Under the pieces are notes generated by a model. It was not told the origin of the DNA. It made no database searches and was given only the letters and a program-made list of their open reading frames with translations. Positions 45,090 through 55,500 of a DNA stretch of 64,000 nucleotides are shown here, piece after piece (within the stretch, counting starts at the first letter, position 1; the number at the start of each line of letters is the position of its first letter). The stretch is from Gemmatimonadales bacterium. GTDB taxonomy: Bacteria > Gemmatimonadota > Gemmatimonadetes > Gemmatimonadales > GWC2-71-9. Where the stretch lies: assembly GCA_041613315.1 (NCBI GenBank), contig JBFJHJ010000006.1, positions 1 through 64,000 on the forward strand, in the 5' to 3' direction. The position numbers and the translations under genes were made by a program.

Positions 45090-45595
45090 TGCCGATCGGC
45101 GTGAAGGTGATGCAGCGGCCGGTGGCGGAGACCAGCTATCTGCGGGCGGCGCTCAAGGGCATGGCGCTCACGTTCCGGCACCTCCTGCGGCCCAAGGTCA
45201 CGATGCAGTACCCGGAGCAGAAGGCCACGGCGACGTGGACGCTGTCGCCCCGCTGGCGCGGCACGCACCGCATGCTCACCGACGAGCAGGGGAGGGCCAA
45301 GTGCGTGGCCTGCGGGCTCTGCCCCCAGATCTGTCCGGCCAATTGCATCAAGCTCGTACCGGGCGAGGACGAAGAGGGGCACCGGTATCCTCTGATCTAC
45401 GAGATCGACGAGTTCCGGTGCGTCTTCTGCGGCTACTGTCAGGAAGTGTGCCCCGAAGAGGCGATTCACGTCGGCGTGCACTATGAGAACGCCGAATACG
45501 AGCGCGGGCGGTTCGTGTACGACCTGGAGCGGCTGTGCGCCCAGACGCACGCCGTGTCGACGTTGTGGGATCCCTCGGACCCACGGGGGGAATAG
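45089..45595 (+). CDS. nuoI: NADH-quinone oxidoreductase subunit I
   Basis: [12 protein letters not shown] and [12 protein letters not shown]. Confidence 0.96.
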   Translation: MPIGVKVMQRPVAETSYLRAALKGMALTFRHLLRPKVTMQYPEQKATATWTLSPRWRGTHRMLTDEQGRAKCVACGLCPQICPANCIKLVPGEDEEGHRYPLIYEIDEFRCVFCGYCQEVCPEEAIHVGVHYENAEYERGRFVYDLERLCAQTHAVSTLWDPSDPRGE

Positions 45596-45597
45596 CC

Positions 45598-46128
45598 GTG
45601 ACCCTCGCCGTGTTTTGGCTGTTCGCCGGCATCGCCATCGTCGCGGCCTTCCTGTGTATCACGCGCCGCAGCCCGGTGACCAGCGCGCTCTGGCTCGTGC
45701 TGACGCTCTTCTCGCTCGCCGCGCTCTTCGTGCTGCTGGACGCGCACTTCATCGCCGCAGTCCAGGTCCTGGTCTACGCCGGGGCCATCATGGTCTTGTT
45801 CCTGTTCGTGATCATGCTGCTCAACCTCGGCCGAGAGGGCCCCAGCGACATGCTGGGGTGGGCCGGCCGCCTGGTGATGCTCGCGGTCGGCGCGCTCCTC
45901 GCGACCGAGCTGTGGGTGGTCGCCCGCGTCGTGCCCGCGGAGGCGCTGCGGCTCCCGGCGGGAACGCTGGACCGGCTCGCCGAGTCCCGGGGGGGCGTCG
46001 ACGTGATCACCCCAGTGATCAGCGAGCCGCTGTTTGGGGAGTTCCTCATTCCGCTCGAGATCACCGCCGTGCTGCTCCTCACCGCCATCGTGGGCGCCGT
46101 CGTGCTGGCCAAGCGGAAACTCGGATGA
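45598..46128 (+). CDS. nuoJ: NADH-quinone oxidoreductase subunit J
   Basis: [21 protein letters not shown]. Confidence 0.95.
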   Translation: MTLAVFWLFAGIAIVAAFLCITRRSPVTSALWLVLTLFSLAALFVLLDAHFIAAVQVLVYAGAIMVLFLFVIMLLNLGREGPSDMLGWAGRLVMLAVGALLATELWVVARVVPAEALRLPAGTLDRLAESRGGVDVITPVISEPLFGEFLIPLEITAVLLLTAIVGAVVLAKRKLG

Positions 46129-46436
46129 GCGGCGACCTTCAGCTCCTGGGTCCAGCGCTCGCGGTATCGGCCATTCTCTTCAGTCTCGGCGTGGCGGGGG
46201 TGCTGTTTCGCCGGAACGCCATCATCATCTTCATGTGCATCGAGCTCATGCTGAACGCGGTGAACCTCACGTTCATCGCGCTAGCGCAGCAGCTCGGACC
46301 GCGGGGGCAGGTGCTGGTCTTCTTCGTGATGGCCGTGGCGGCGGCCGAGGCGGCGGTGGGACTGGCAATCATGATCGCCGTCTATCGCCACAAAGAGTCG
46401 GTGAACGTCCGTGAGATCAACCTGCTGAGAGGCTGA
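46125..46436 (+). CDS. nuoK: NADH-quinone oxidoreductase subunit K
   Basis: [31 protein letters not shown]. Confidence 0.95.
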   Translation: MSGDLQLLGPALAVSAILFSLGVAGVLFRRNAIIIFMCIELMLNAVNLTFIALAQQLGPRGQVLVFFVMAVAAAEAAVGLAIMIAVYRHKESVNVREINLLRG

Positions 46437-48412
46437 TGCCGGCGTCCCTCGCTTGGCTGTGGCTCGTCGTCGTGCTGCCGTTTGCGGGGTTCCTCGTCAA
46501 CGGAGCCGTGAGCTTCCTCAGGCCCGGGGCGAAGCGCGTGGTGAGTGTGGTGGGTGTAGGCAGCGTCGTGCTCGCCTTCGCCGTCGCACTCGCTGTGGCG
46601 GCGGACATTGCGCGGACCGCGCCCGGCGAGCCGTACGTCCTCACCTACTTCGAGTGGATGGTCGTGGGCGGCCTGGACGTGGCCGTCGCGTTCCAGGTGG
46701 ACCAGCTGTCCGCGGTGATGCTGCTCGTGGTCACGGGGGTGGGCGCGCTGATCCATGTGTTCAGTGTCGGCTACATGCACGCGGACGACGGCTACGCCCG
46801 GTACTTCGCGTACCTGAACCTCTTCGTCTTCTTCATGCTGGTGCTCGTCCTGGGAGCCAACTTCCCGGTGATGTTCGTGGGGTGGGAAGGGGTCGGGCTC
46901 TGCAGTTACCTGCTGATCGGCTTCTGGTACGAGGTGAAGGCGTTTGCCGACGCGGGCAAGAAGGCCTTCATCATGAACCGCATTGGGGACTTCGGCTTCC
47001 TCGTCGCGATGCTCCTGCTCTTCCAGACCACGGGTTCGTTGTCGTTCGTCGAGGTGTTCGACGTCGCGCCGACGGCGTTCGCGGTGGGCGGGGGCACCAT
47101 TACGCTGATCACGCTGCTGCTGTTCCTGGGCTGCGCGGGCAAGTCGGCACAGATCCCGCTGTATACGTGGCTCCCCGACGCCATGGCGGGCCCCACGCCC
47201 GTCTCGGCGCTGATCCACGCCGCCACAATGGTGACCGCGGGTGTGTACCTCGTGGCGCGCGCGAACATCCTCTTTGCGATGGCGCCGGTCTCGAGCTTCG
47301 TCGTGGCAGCCGTGGGCGCCGCCACCGCGCTGTTTGCGGCGACGATCGCGCTCAAGCAATGGGATATCAAGAAAGTGCTGGCGTACTCCACCATCTCTCA
47401 ACTGGGATACATGTTCCTCGGCGTCGGGGTCGGCGCGTACGCCGCCGGCATGTTCCACCTCGTGACCCACGCCTTCTTCAAGGCGCTCCTCTTCTTGGGA
47501 TCGGGGAGCGTGATTCACGCGCTGCACCACGCGTACCACGCCACGCACCGCGAGGACGACGCGCAAGACATGCGGAACATGGGCGGGCTGCGGCGCTGGA
47601 TGCCCTGGACCGCTGCGCTGATGTGGATCGCTACGCTCGCCATCGCCGGGGTACCCGGGTTCTCGGGCTTCTTCTCGAAAGACGAGATCCTGGCCGCGAC
47701 GTTCGCGCGCGGACCCGACGCTGACGCCTTCTACGTGCTGTGGATCGTTGGCAGCGTGGCGGCGCTGCTCACGGCGTTCTACATGACGCGCATGATGCTC
47801 TACACCTTCCACGGCCCCAACCGGACGGGCGCCGACGAGCAGCCCCACCTGCACGAGGCTCCGTGGGTGATGACCGGCCCCCTCGTCGTCCTGGGCATCG
47901 GCAGCGTGGTCGCCGGGCTGCTCAACCTGCCGGCCGTGCTGCCGGGGAGTGGATGGCTGCACCACTGGCTCGAGCCGGTCACCGAGTCCGGCGCCGCATT
48001 CTTCATGGAGACGCACCTGACTCACGGGACCGAATGGGCGCTTTTGGGCATCGCCACCGCGGTCGCCGCCGCCGGCCTCCTGGGTGCGTGGACCCTTCTC
48101 AAGCCTGCGGCGTTGCGGCCTGCCCGGGAGGCCCCGGCGGAAGCGGGGCTCCAACGGCTCCTGCTCCACAAGTGGTACGTGGACGAATTGTACGACGCGC
48201 TCGTGGTCCGCCCGCTCGTGCGGCTCTCCGACCGCGTGTTCTGGCGGACGCTAGACGAGGGCGCGATCGACGGCGCCGCGGTCAACGGGTCGGCGTGGCT
48301 GGCGCGCGGGATCGGGCGCGTCGGCAGCGCGCTCCAGACCGGACTCGTGAGCTGGTACGTGTTCGTGTTCGTGGCGGGGACCGTGCTCCTCCTCTACTTC
48401 GTGCTCCGCTGA
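46436..48412 (+). CDS. nuoL: NADH-quinone oxidoreductase subunit L
   Basis: GKSAQIPLYTWLPDAMAGPTPVSALIHAATMVTAG, HAFFKALLFL. Confidence 0.96.
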   Translation: MPASLAWLWLVVVLPFAGFLVNGAVSFLRPGAKRVVSVVGVGSVVLAFAVALAVAADIARTAPGEPYVLTYFEWMVVGGLDVAVAFQVDQLSAVMLLVVTGVGALIHVFSVGYMHADDGYARYFAYLNLFVFFMLVLVLGANFPVMFVGWEGVGLCSYLLIGFWYEVKAFADAGKKAFIMNRIGDFGFLVAMLLLFQTTGSLSFVEVFDVAPTAFAVGGGTITLITLLLFLGCAGKSAQIPLYTWLPDAMAGPTPVSALIHAATMVTAGVYLVARANILFAMAPVSSFVVAAVGAATALFAATIALKQWDIKKVLAYSTISQLGYMFLGVGVGAYAAGMFHLVTHAFFKALLFLGSGSVIHALHHAYHATHREDDAQDMRNMGGLRRWMPWTAALMWIATLAIAGVPGFSGFFSKDEILAATFARGPDADAFYVLWIVGSVAALLTAFYMTRMMLYTFHGPNRTGADEQPHLHEAPWVMTGPLVVLGIGSVVAGLLNLPAVLPGSGWLHHWLEPVTESGAAFFMETHLTHGTEWALLGIATAVAAAGLLGAWTLLKPAALRPAREAPAEAGLQRLLLHKWYVDELYDALVVRPLVRLSDRVFWRTLDEGAIDGAAVNGSAWLARGIGRVGSALQTGLVSWYVFVFVAGTVLLLYFVLR

Positions 48413-48413
48413 G

Positions 48414-49967
48414 ATGGACGGCCTGCTGACGACGATCGGGTACGACGCCTGGGTGCTGGACGCCCTGCTGGCGTTCCCCTTGCTTGGGGCACTGGCCGTG
48501 CTGCTCAGTCCGGTGACGGCGTCGAAGCGCCTCGCCCTGGCGGTGACGCTGCTCGAGTTTGCGCTGTCGGTGCCCCTCTGGTGGCGCTTCGCCCCCGCCA
48601 CCGCCGCCATGCAGTTCGGGGCAACGCACCCCTGGATCCCCGACTGGGGCATCATGTACCGGGTGGGGCTGGACGGGATCTCCCTGTTCATGGTGCTGCT
48701 CACGACGCTGACGATGCCGCTCGCCGTGCTGGGGAGCTGGACCTACATCACGCAGAAGGAGCGTCCGTACTACACGCTCCTCCTGGTGCTGACCACCGGG
48801 ATGCTCGGGGTGTTCGTCGCGCTGGACCTGTTCGTGTTCTACGTGTTCTGGGAGATCATGCTCATCCCGATGTACTTCATCATCGGGGTGTGGGGAGGCG
48901 CCCGGCGCCTCTACGCGGCGATCAAGTTCTTCCTGTACACTTTCGTGGGCTCGCTGCTCATGCTCGTGGCGATCCTGACCGTGTACTACATGGTGGGTCG
49001 CGCGACGGGCACCTACTCCTTTGCCTACGAGCACCTGCTGAGCAACATCGGGGCTGCGGAGCGGTGGGCCTTCTGGCTCTTCGGCGCCTTCTTCTTGGCG
49101 TTCGCCATCAAGGTGCCGATGTTCCCGTTCCATACCTGGCTGCCGGATGCGCACGTGGAGGCCCCGACCGCGGGCTCCGTGATCCTGGCGGGCATCCTCC
49201 TCAAGATGGGGACCTACGGGTTCCTGCGGTTTGCGCTCCCCTTCTTCCCGGATGTCGCGCTCCATCCGGTCGTGGCGAGCGCCATCGTGATCCTGGCGGT
49301 CGTCGGCATCATCTACGGCGCCCTCGTGGCGATGGTGCAACCCGACTTCAAGAAGCTCGTCGCGTACTCGTCGGTCAGCCACCTGGGCTTCGTCATGCTC
49401 GGCATCTGGGCGCTCACCGCGGAGAGCGTGAGCGGTGCCGTGATCATCATGATCAACCACGGCATTTCGACCGGCGCGCTGTTTTTCCTCGCGGGCATGC
49501 TGTACGAGCGCCGACATACGCGGGAGATCGCCGAGTTCGGGGGGCTCGCGCGCGTGGTACCGCTGCTGGCGACCGTCCTGACCGTCGTGGCCCTCTCGTC
49601 GATTGGCCTGCCCGGTACCAATGGCTTCATCGGGGAGTTCTTGGTGCTGGTGGGGGCGTTCGGGCCGTACCCGTGGGCGACGGCTATCGCCACGACCGGG
49701 GTGATCTTCGCGGCAGCGTACCTGCTCTGGGCGCTGCAGCGATTGATCTTCAACCGGCTCGAGAAGAGTGAGAACCGAGGGCTGCCCGATCTGTCGCGCC
49801 GCGAGGTGATGGTGCTGGCGCCGCTCCTTGCCTGTATCCTGTGGATCGGCATCTACCCCCAACCGTTCTTGCGGCGGATTGAGGCCTCGGCGGAGGCGCT
49901 GATCCAGCAGGTGCGGCCCGACGAAACCGTGGCAACGGGCGCGCGTCCACCGGAGCGGGCACCATGA
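48414..49967 (+). CDS. nuoM: NADH-quinone oxidoreductase subunit M
   Basis: KVPMFPFHTWLPDAHVEAPT, LLKMGTYG, AYSSVSHLG. Confidence 0.96.
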   Translation: MDGLLTTIGYDAWVLDALLAFPLLGALAVLLSPVTASKRLALAVTLLEFALSVPLWWRFAPATAAMQFGATHPWIPDWGIMYRVGLDGISLFMVLLTTLTMPLAVLGSWTYITQKERPYYTLLLVLTTGMLGVFVALDLFVFYVFWEIMLIPMYFIIGVWGGARRLYAAIKFFLYTFVGSLLMLVAILTVYYMVGRATGTYSFAYEHLLSNIGAAERWAFWLFGAFFLAFAIKVPMFPFHTWLPDAHVEAPTAGSVILAGILLKMGTYGFLRFALPFFPDVALHPVVASAIVILAVVGIIYGALVAMVQPDFKKLVAYSSVSHLGFVMLGIWALTAESVSGAVIIMINHGISTGALFFLAGMLYERRHTREIAEFGGLARVVPLLATVLTVVALSSIGLPGTNGFIGEFLVLVGAFGPYPWATAIATTGVIFAAAYLLWALQRLIFNRLEKSENRGLPDLSRREVMVLAPLLACILWIGIYPQPFLRRIEASAEALIQQVRPDETVATGARPPERAP

Positions 49968-51472
49968 GCCCGCTCGATCTGACGCGGCCGGCCGGGATGG
50001 TCCTCGCGGTCGGTCCGGAACTGGTGCTCACGGCGTGGAGCGTGGCCGTGATGCTCACGATCGCGTGGCGGCATGCGAACGAGCGCGATCAGCGGCTGGC
50101 GGGCCATCTTGCCCTGGCCGGGCTCGTGACCACGCTGGTGACGGTGATCTGGTACTGGGCGGCCGGCGTCCAGGCCGCGCCGGGCGCCGGCATGGTCGCC
50201 GCCGACGCCTTCCGCTACGCCACGTCCACCATCTTCCTCGTTGGCGCGATCCTCGCGGTCCTCCTCTCGCTGGGGTACCTGGGCCGCGAGCGGATCCTCG
50301 TGCCCGAGTACTACCTCCTCGTCTTGCTCGCGACCGTGGGCATGATGTTCATGGGGAGCGGCACGGATCTCGTCGTCATCTTTCTGGGGCTCGAGCTGAT
50401 GTCGGTCGCCGTGTACGTCCTGGCCGGCGTCAACCGCCGTAGCGTGTTCGGGGCGGAGGCCGCGCTCAAGTACTTCCTGCTCGGCGCCTTCGCGTCCGGC
50501 TTCTTCCTCTATGGGATCGCGCTCATCTGGGGCGCAACCGGCAGCACCAACCTCTCGACGATCGCCGGGGAGATCACTCGTCTCGGCGTGCAGGGGAGCC
50601 CGATGCTGCTGGCGGGCGTGGGCCTGTTGCTCATCGGCTTCGGGTTCAAGGTGGCGGCGGTCCCGTTCCACATGTGGACCCCGGACGTGTACGACGGCGC
50701 CCCGACGCCGGTGACCGCGTTCATGGCGGCGGCGGTCAAGGCCGCCGGCTTCGCCGCGCTGGTCCGTGTTCTGCTCGAGGCGCTGGGGCCGGTCAGCGCG
50801 GTCTGGACCGGCGCTGTCTGGTGGCTCGCCGTCATCACGATGGTGGCCGGGAACCTCGTCGCCCTTGCCCAGCGCCAGCTCAAACGCATGCTGGCCTACA
50901 GCTCCATCGGGCACGCCGGGTATCTCCTCGCGGCCGTGGCGAGTGGAACCGCTCTGGGCGCGGCCGCCTTCTTGTACTACGCGTTGGTGTACACGCTCAT
51001 GACCGTCGGCGCGTTTGCGGTCCTGTCGGCCGCCGGGCGTGGGGGGGAGCGGGAAGTGTTGATCGACGACCTGGGTGGCCTCGCGTCCCGCCGCCCGTGG
51101 CTGGCCATCGCCATGGCGGTGTTCATGCTGTCGCTCTTGGGTTTCCCCGGCACCGCCGGGTTCATCGGCAAGTGGTATATCCTGTCGGCCGCGATCGATG
51201 CCCAGCACGCGTCGCTTGCCGTGGTGCTCGTGGGAGCGAGCGTCGTGTCGGCGGGCTACTATCTCCCCGTGATCATGGCCATGTTCATGCGCCCGCCGGC
51301 GTCCGAGAGCGCCCATCGGGAAACCCGCGTCGGCCGCACCGCCGGCTGGGTGGTGGGCGCCACGGCGGTCCTGCTCGTGCTGTTCGGCTTCTGGCCCAAC
51401 CGCGCCATCGACGTGGCGCAGCGTGGGAGCGAGCAGTTCAGGCCGGCCGTGACGATCACACAATCCCCCTAG
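49964..51472 (+). CDS. nuoN: NADH-quinone oxidoreductase subunit N
   Basis: EAALKYFLLG, FKVAAVPFHMWTPDVYDGAP, KRMLAYSSIGHAGY. Confidence 0.96.
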   Translation: MSPLDLTRPAGMVLAVGPELVLTAWSVAVMLTIAWRHANERDQRLAGHLALAGLVTTLVTVIWYWAAGVQAAPGAGMVAADAFRYATSTIFLVGAILAVLLSLGYLGRERILVPEYYLLVLLATVGMMFMGSGTDLVVIFLGLELMSVAVYVLAGVNRRSVFGAEAALKYFLLGAFASGFFLYGIALIWGATGSTNLSTIAGEITRLGVQGSPMLLAGVGLLLIGFGFKVAAVPFHMWTPDVYDGAPTPVTAFMAAAVKAAGFAALVRVLLEALGPVSAVWTGAVWWLAVITMVAGNLVALAQRQLKRMLAYSSIGHAGYLLAAVASGTALGAAAFLYYALVYTLMTVGAFAVLSAAGRGGEREVLIDDLGGLASRRPWLAIAMAVFMLSLLGFPGTAGFIGKWYILSAAIDAQHASLAVVLVGASVVSAGYYLPVIMAMFMRPPASESAHRETRVGRTAGWVVGATAVLLVLFGFWPNRAIDVAQRGSEQFRPAVTITQSP

Positions 51473-51503
51473 GCGCGGGCCGCGCTCCCGCATCGGGTCA
51501 TCC

Positions 51504-52877
51504 GTGAATATTCCGGCCGTGATCTTCCGGCAGTACGACATTCGTGGTGTGGTCGGGCAGGATCTCACCTCCGAGACGGCGCACGCCGTGGGGCGCGCGC
51601 TGGCGACGCTCGCACGGCGCTGGATCGGCCGTGACCCGCGGCTCGCCGTCGGTCGTGATAACCGGCCGTCGGGCGAGCTGCTCGCTCGGGCGACCCGAGA
51701 CGGGATCAGCCGGGCTGGCGGCGTCGCGGTGGACGTCGGGCAAGTGCCGACGCCCGCTCTGTATCTCGCCCTGCACGAGCTCGACGTCGACGGGGGCGTG
51801 CAGGTGACGGGCTCGCACAACCCGCCGGAGTTCAATGGGTTCAAGATGGTCGCCGCCGGGCGCACGCTGCACGGCGAGGACATTCAGACGCTGCGGCAGC
51901 TCATCGTTGACGATGCCACCGATACCGGCGAGGGCGGGCTCGAGGCCGACGACTCGCTCCTGCGGCGCTACGCCGATGCGGTGGTCTCACGCAACAGCCC
52001 GCTCGCCCGACCCGTCAAAGTCGCCGTGGACTGCGGCAACGGGGTGACCAGCCTGGTCGCGGAGACGGTGCTCACCCGCGTGGGTGCCGACGTGATTCCG
52101 CTGTTCTGTGACTCCGACGGGCGGTTTCCCAACCACCATCCCGATCCCACCGTACCGGAGAACCTCGCCGACCTCCAGGCGGCCGTGCGCCGCACCGGCG
52201 CGGAGCTGGGCATCGCGTTCGACGGCGACGGGGATCGGATCGGCGCCGTCGATGAAACCGGGAACGTCGTGTTCGGCGATCAACTCCTCGTGCTGTTCGG
52301 CCGCGATCTCGTGGCCCGGATGGGTCCCGGCCATCCAGTGATCTTCGACGTGAAGTGTTCGAACGTGCTGGTCGAGGCGCTCGAGCGCGCCGGGCTCGAG
52401 CCCGTGATCTGGAAGACCGGCCACTCGCTCATCAAAGCCAAGATGCACGAGCTGAAGGCGCCGCTGGCGGGCGAGATGAGCGGCCACGTGTTCTTCGGTG
52501 GCGACTATTACGGCTTCGACGATGCGCTCTTCGCGGCGGCCCGGCTGGTGGCGTACGTCGCGGTGCAGGGTGGCCCGTTGTCGACGCTGCTCGCCGATCT
52601 TCCCAAGACGTTCGCGACCCCCGAGCTCCGCGTCGACTGCCCGGAAGAACGCAAATTCGCGATCGTCGAAGACGCCGCGCAGTATTTTGGCGAGCGCTAC
52701 GAGACCCTCACCCTCGACGGCGTCCGGATCTCGTTTCCCCACGGATGGGGACTGCTACGGGCGTCCAACACGCAGCCCGTCCTCGTACTGCGGTTCGAGG
52801 CGACCTCGGCGGACGCGTTGACCGCGTACCGCGGCGAGGTCGAGAACTGGCTGCGCGCTCAGGGTATTGCAGTGTAG
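51504..52877 (+). CDS. phosphomannomutase/phosphoglucomutase (AlgC-like)
   Basis: FRQYDIRG, TGSHNP, FDGDGDRIG, GEMSGH, RASNTQP. Confidence 0.95.
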   Translation: MNIPAVIFRQYDIRGVVGQDLTSETAHAVGRALATLARRWIGRDPRLAVGRDNRPSGELLARATRDGISRAGGVAVDVGQVPTPALYLALHELDVDGGVQVTGSHNPPEFNGFKMVAAGRTLHGEDIQTLRQLIVDDATDTGEGGLEADDSLLRRYADAVVSRNSPLARPVKVAVDCGNGVTSLVAETVLTRVGADVIPLFCDSDGRFPNHHPDPTVPENLADLQAAVRRTGAELGIAFDGDGDRIGAVDETGNVVFGDQLLVLFGRDLVARMGPGHPVIFDVKCSNVLVEALERAGLEPVIWKTGHSLIKAKMHELKAPLAGEMSGHVFFGGDYYGFDDALFAAARLVAYVAVQGGPLSTLLADLPKTFATPELRVDCPEERKFAIVEDAAQYFGERYETLTLDGVRISFPHGWGLLRASNTQPVLVLRFEATSADALTAYRGEVENWLRAQGIAV

Positions 52878-52880
52878 GAC

Positions 52881-55454
52881 ATGGGTCCACGCCGACGATG
52901 GGTGCAGGCGGCCATCGGGGTCGCGCTGGTAGGACTGGTCGGCGGCCGCTGGCTCGCGGTGTCGACCGCGGGTCGGCTGTGGGCGGAGGCGATGGGCGTG
53001 CCCGGCACCCACGGGGACATCGCGCGCCTCCGGGTGTTGCTCCTCGCCACCGCCATGAGCGCCGCGCTGCTCTGGTGCCTCGGCAATCTCTACCTGGTCT
53101 ACCGATCCATCGGCTCGGTGCACGTGCCCCGCCGCCTCGGCAACATCGAGATTCTCGAGGTGGTCCCACGCCGCTACCTCCTGCTCATCGCCCTCGGCAT
53201 CGGGACGGCTCTCGCCGTCCTCCTGAGCCATGGCGCCGGCGACTGGTGGCGCGTCCGCGCCCTCGCCGGCCTTTCCACCAGTGTGGGGATCCGCGACCCG
53301 GTGCTCGGCGAAGATCTCGCGTACTACCTGTTTCGCCTGCCCTGGCACCGGACGCTGCACGGGTTCGCGACCTTGCTGAGCGGCGTGCTCCTGGCGGTCA
53401 CCGGCGTGCTCTACGCCGCGCTCGGGGCGATTCGCTGGGCGGAACGTCGGCTGCAGGTGACCGAGCTGGCGCGCGCCCACTTGGGCGTGCTGCTCGCCGC
53501 CTTCGCGCTCGCGCTCGCCTGGGGCTATCGCCTCGAGCCCACCGAGTACGTCGCCGGGGTGCACAGTGTCCCCGCCGACGTCGTCTTGACCGGCGTGCGG
53601 ATCCCGGCCGCGCGGCTCCTGAGCGGCCTTGCGCTGGTCGCGGCCGGCGCCTCGGTGCTGTGGATCTGGGCGGCGCGCATGACCGTGGTCGTGGTGTCGT
53701 GGGTCATCCTGGGGGCCGCGTCAGTGGCGGGTCACTATGTCGTGCCCGTGTTCGCCACCGCCACGCGGCGCCCGGAGGAGCTGCCCCTCTCGCAGGTCGT
53801 CAAGCGATCGGACGAGTTTGCACGACTCGCTTACGGCAGGGTGCCGGCGGCACAGCTCGTGCGGACCTCCGTGCTGACCGATCCGGACCGCCTCGTGGGC
53901 TATGCGGCGGCTCTCCGCCGGGGGCCGGTGTGGGACGCCTTTGCGCTCACCGTGTCTCTCGATCGCGTCGCCGCCCCCCGGCCGGCGACCGCATTCCACG
54001 AGGCGACACTCGCCGCGTACCCGGACCCGGAGGGGCGCCAGGTGCCGGTCTACCTGGCGGCGCGACGGGTTGATCTGACGGCGCTCCGGTCGGCGGCGCC
54101 CGCGCCGACCTGGGAGGCGGTGCATGTCGGTCCGCACGCCGTAGCACGCGGGGCCGTTGCGGTCCTGGCCCACCGTGCGGCTGCCGACGGCCTGCCGCTG
54201 TTCATCGCCGATCTGTCACGTCCCGAGGTCGCCGGGGAAGCGCCGGCGGACCTTTCGCTCGCCATCCCCGAGATGTTGACGGCGCCCGGCATCGCCGATT
54301 TCGCGGTGCGCCCCCCGGCGGAGGGTGGGGCGCGCGGCGTCCGGGCGGGCGGCTTCTGGCGGCGCCTCGCCTTAGCTTGGGCGCTCCAGAGCCCGCAGCT
54401 CATCGGATCGGAGGCGGTGGGCGACAGCGCGGTGCTGATCTGGGAGCGCGACGTGGCGTCCCGCCTGCACCAATTCGCCCCGTTTGCCGACTTCGGGGCG
54501 CCGTACGCCGTCGTCGTGGAAACACGTCTCTACTGGCTCGCCAGCGGCTACGTGGCGGCCGACGCCTTCCCGCTCGCGCCCGAAGCGCGGTGGCAGGGAG
54601 AGGCCGTGCGCTATCTCCGGGCGGGATACCTGGGCGTCGTTGACGCGGCCACCGGTGCGACGGCGGTCTACCTGGTCGCCGACCCGGATCCGCTCAGCGC
54701 GGCGTGGGCGTCGTTGGCGCCCGACGTTGTCCAGCCGGCCGACGCGTTCCCGGAGGCGCTGGCCGGGCACATCCGCTATCCGGCGGAAGCATTTGCCGTT
54801 CAGGCGACGCTCGCACGCGCCACGCAGCTGGAGGCTGCGCCGGAGGGTGGTGGGCTGCAGCGGCGCGGTGCCCTCGGTGTTGGGGCGGTCCCCTACTGGT
54901 GGTTTGGCCCGGTGCCCGGGGACTCAGCCAACCGGGTGCGGCTGATGGCGGCCGTCGAAGGAGGGGTACCCTCCGAACTCCGCGGTATGGTCGTCGGCAC
55001 GGCGCGCGGCACCGAGCGTGAGCTCCGCCTATTCCGGTTCGATCCGGCCGCGGAGCTCCCTGTCCCGTCGGCCGCGGCGCGCGCGTTCGCCGAGCTGCGA
55101 CCGGACACGGCGGGGATCCGCGGCGCGGTCCGCCTCGTCCCGTTCGACGACGGTGTGCTCGCGATCCAGACGGGGTACGCGGGCGCGCGGGATTCGCGCG
55201 ACCCCCCGCGGATCGCCGACATCGCGGTGCAGTGGGGCGGGCTGACCGCCGTCGGGCCGACGCTCGCCGCCGCCCTGCGCCGCGCGGGGACGGAACAACA
55301 TGCGGCGGTGGTCTCGGCCGAGACGTGGCGCGAGGCGGGACGCTGGTTCGAGCGCATGGACGCGGCGCGGCGCGCCGGCGATTGGACCGCGTTTGGGCGC
55401 GCGTACGACGCCCTGCGGCGACTGCTGGCGGGACCACCCGACAGCCGCCCGTGA
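52881..55454 (+). CDS. UPF0182 family membrane protein (divergent)
   Basis: 7-TM-like N half with DPVLGEDLAYYLFRLP; HIRYP; C-terminal GDWTAFGRAY. Confidence 0.8.
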   Translation: MGPRRRWVQAAIGVALVGLVGGRWLAVSTAGRLWAEAMGVPGTHGDIARLRVLLLATAMSAALLWCLGNLYLVYRSIGSVHVPRRLGNIEILEVVPRRYLLLIALGIGTALAVLLSHGAGDWWRVRALAGLSTSVGIRDPVLGEDLAYYLFRLPWHRTLHGFATLLSGVLLAVTGVLYAALGAIRWAERRLQVTELARAHLGVLLAAFALALAWGYRLEPTEYVAGVHSVPADVVLTGVRIPAARLLSGLALVAAGASVLWIWAARMTVVVVSWVILGAASVAGHYVVPVFATATRRPEELPLSQVVKRSDEFARLAYGRVPAAQLVRTSVLTDPDRLVGYAAALRRGPVWDAFALTVSLDRVAAPRPATAFHEATLAAYPDPEGRQVPVYLAARRVDLTALRSAAPAPTWEAVHVGPHAVARGAVAVLAHRAAADGLPLFIADLSRPEVAGEAPADLSLAIPEMLTAPGIADFAVRPPAEGGARGVRAGGFWRRLALAWALQSPQLIGSEAVGDSAVLIWERDVASRLHQFAPFADFGAPYAVVVETRLYWLASGYVAADAFPLAPEARWQGEAVRYLRAGYLGVVDAATGATAVYLVADPDPLSAAWASLAPDVVQPADAFPEALAGHIRYPAEAFAVQATLARATQLEAAPEGGGLQRRGALGVGAVPYWWFGPVPGDSANRVRLMAAVEGGVPSELRGMVVGTARGTERELRLFRFDPAAELPVPSAAARAFAELRPDTAGIRGAVRLVPFDDGVLAIQTGYAGARDSRDPPRIADIAVQWGGLTAVGPTLAAALRRAGTEQHAAVVSAETWREAGRWFERMDAARRAGDWTAFGRAYDALRRLLAGPPDSRP

Positions 55455-55461
55455 CGTCAAG

Positions 55462-55490
55462 TTGCTGGCGTTTCCGGCACGGACTAGCTT
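55462..55490 (+). promoter_or_regulatory. possible sigma70-type promoter for arcC-sucCD-EIIA/CBS-ndk
   Basis: TTGCTG-17 nt-TAGCTT, 10 nt before GTG 55501. Confidence 0.5.
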
Positions 55491-55500
55491 GCACGCTTCC

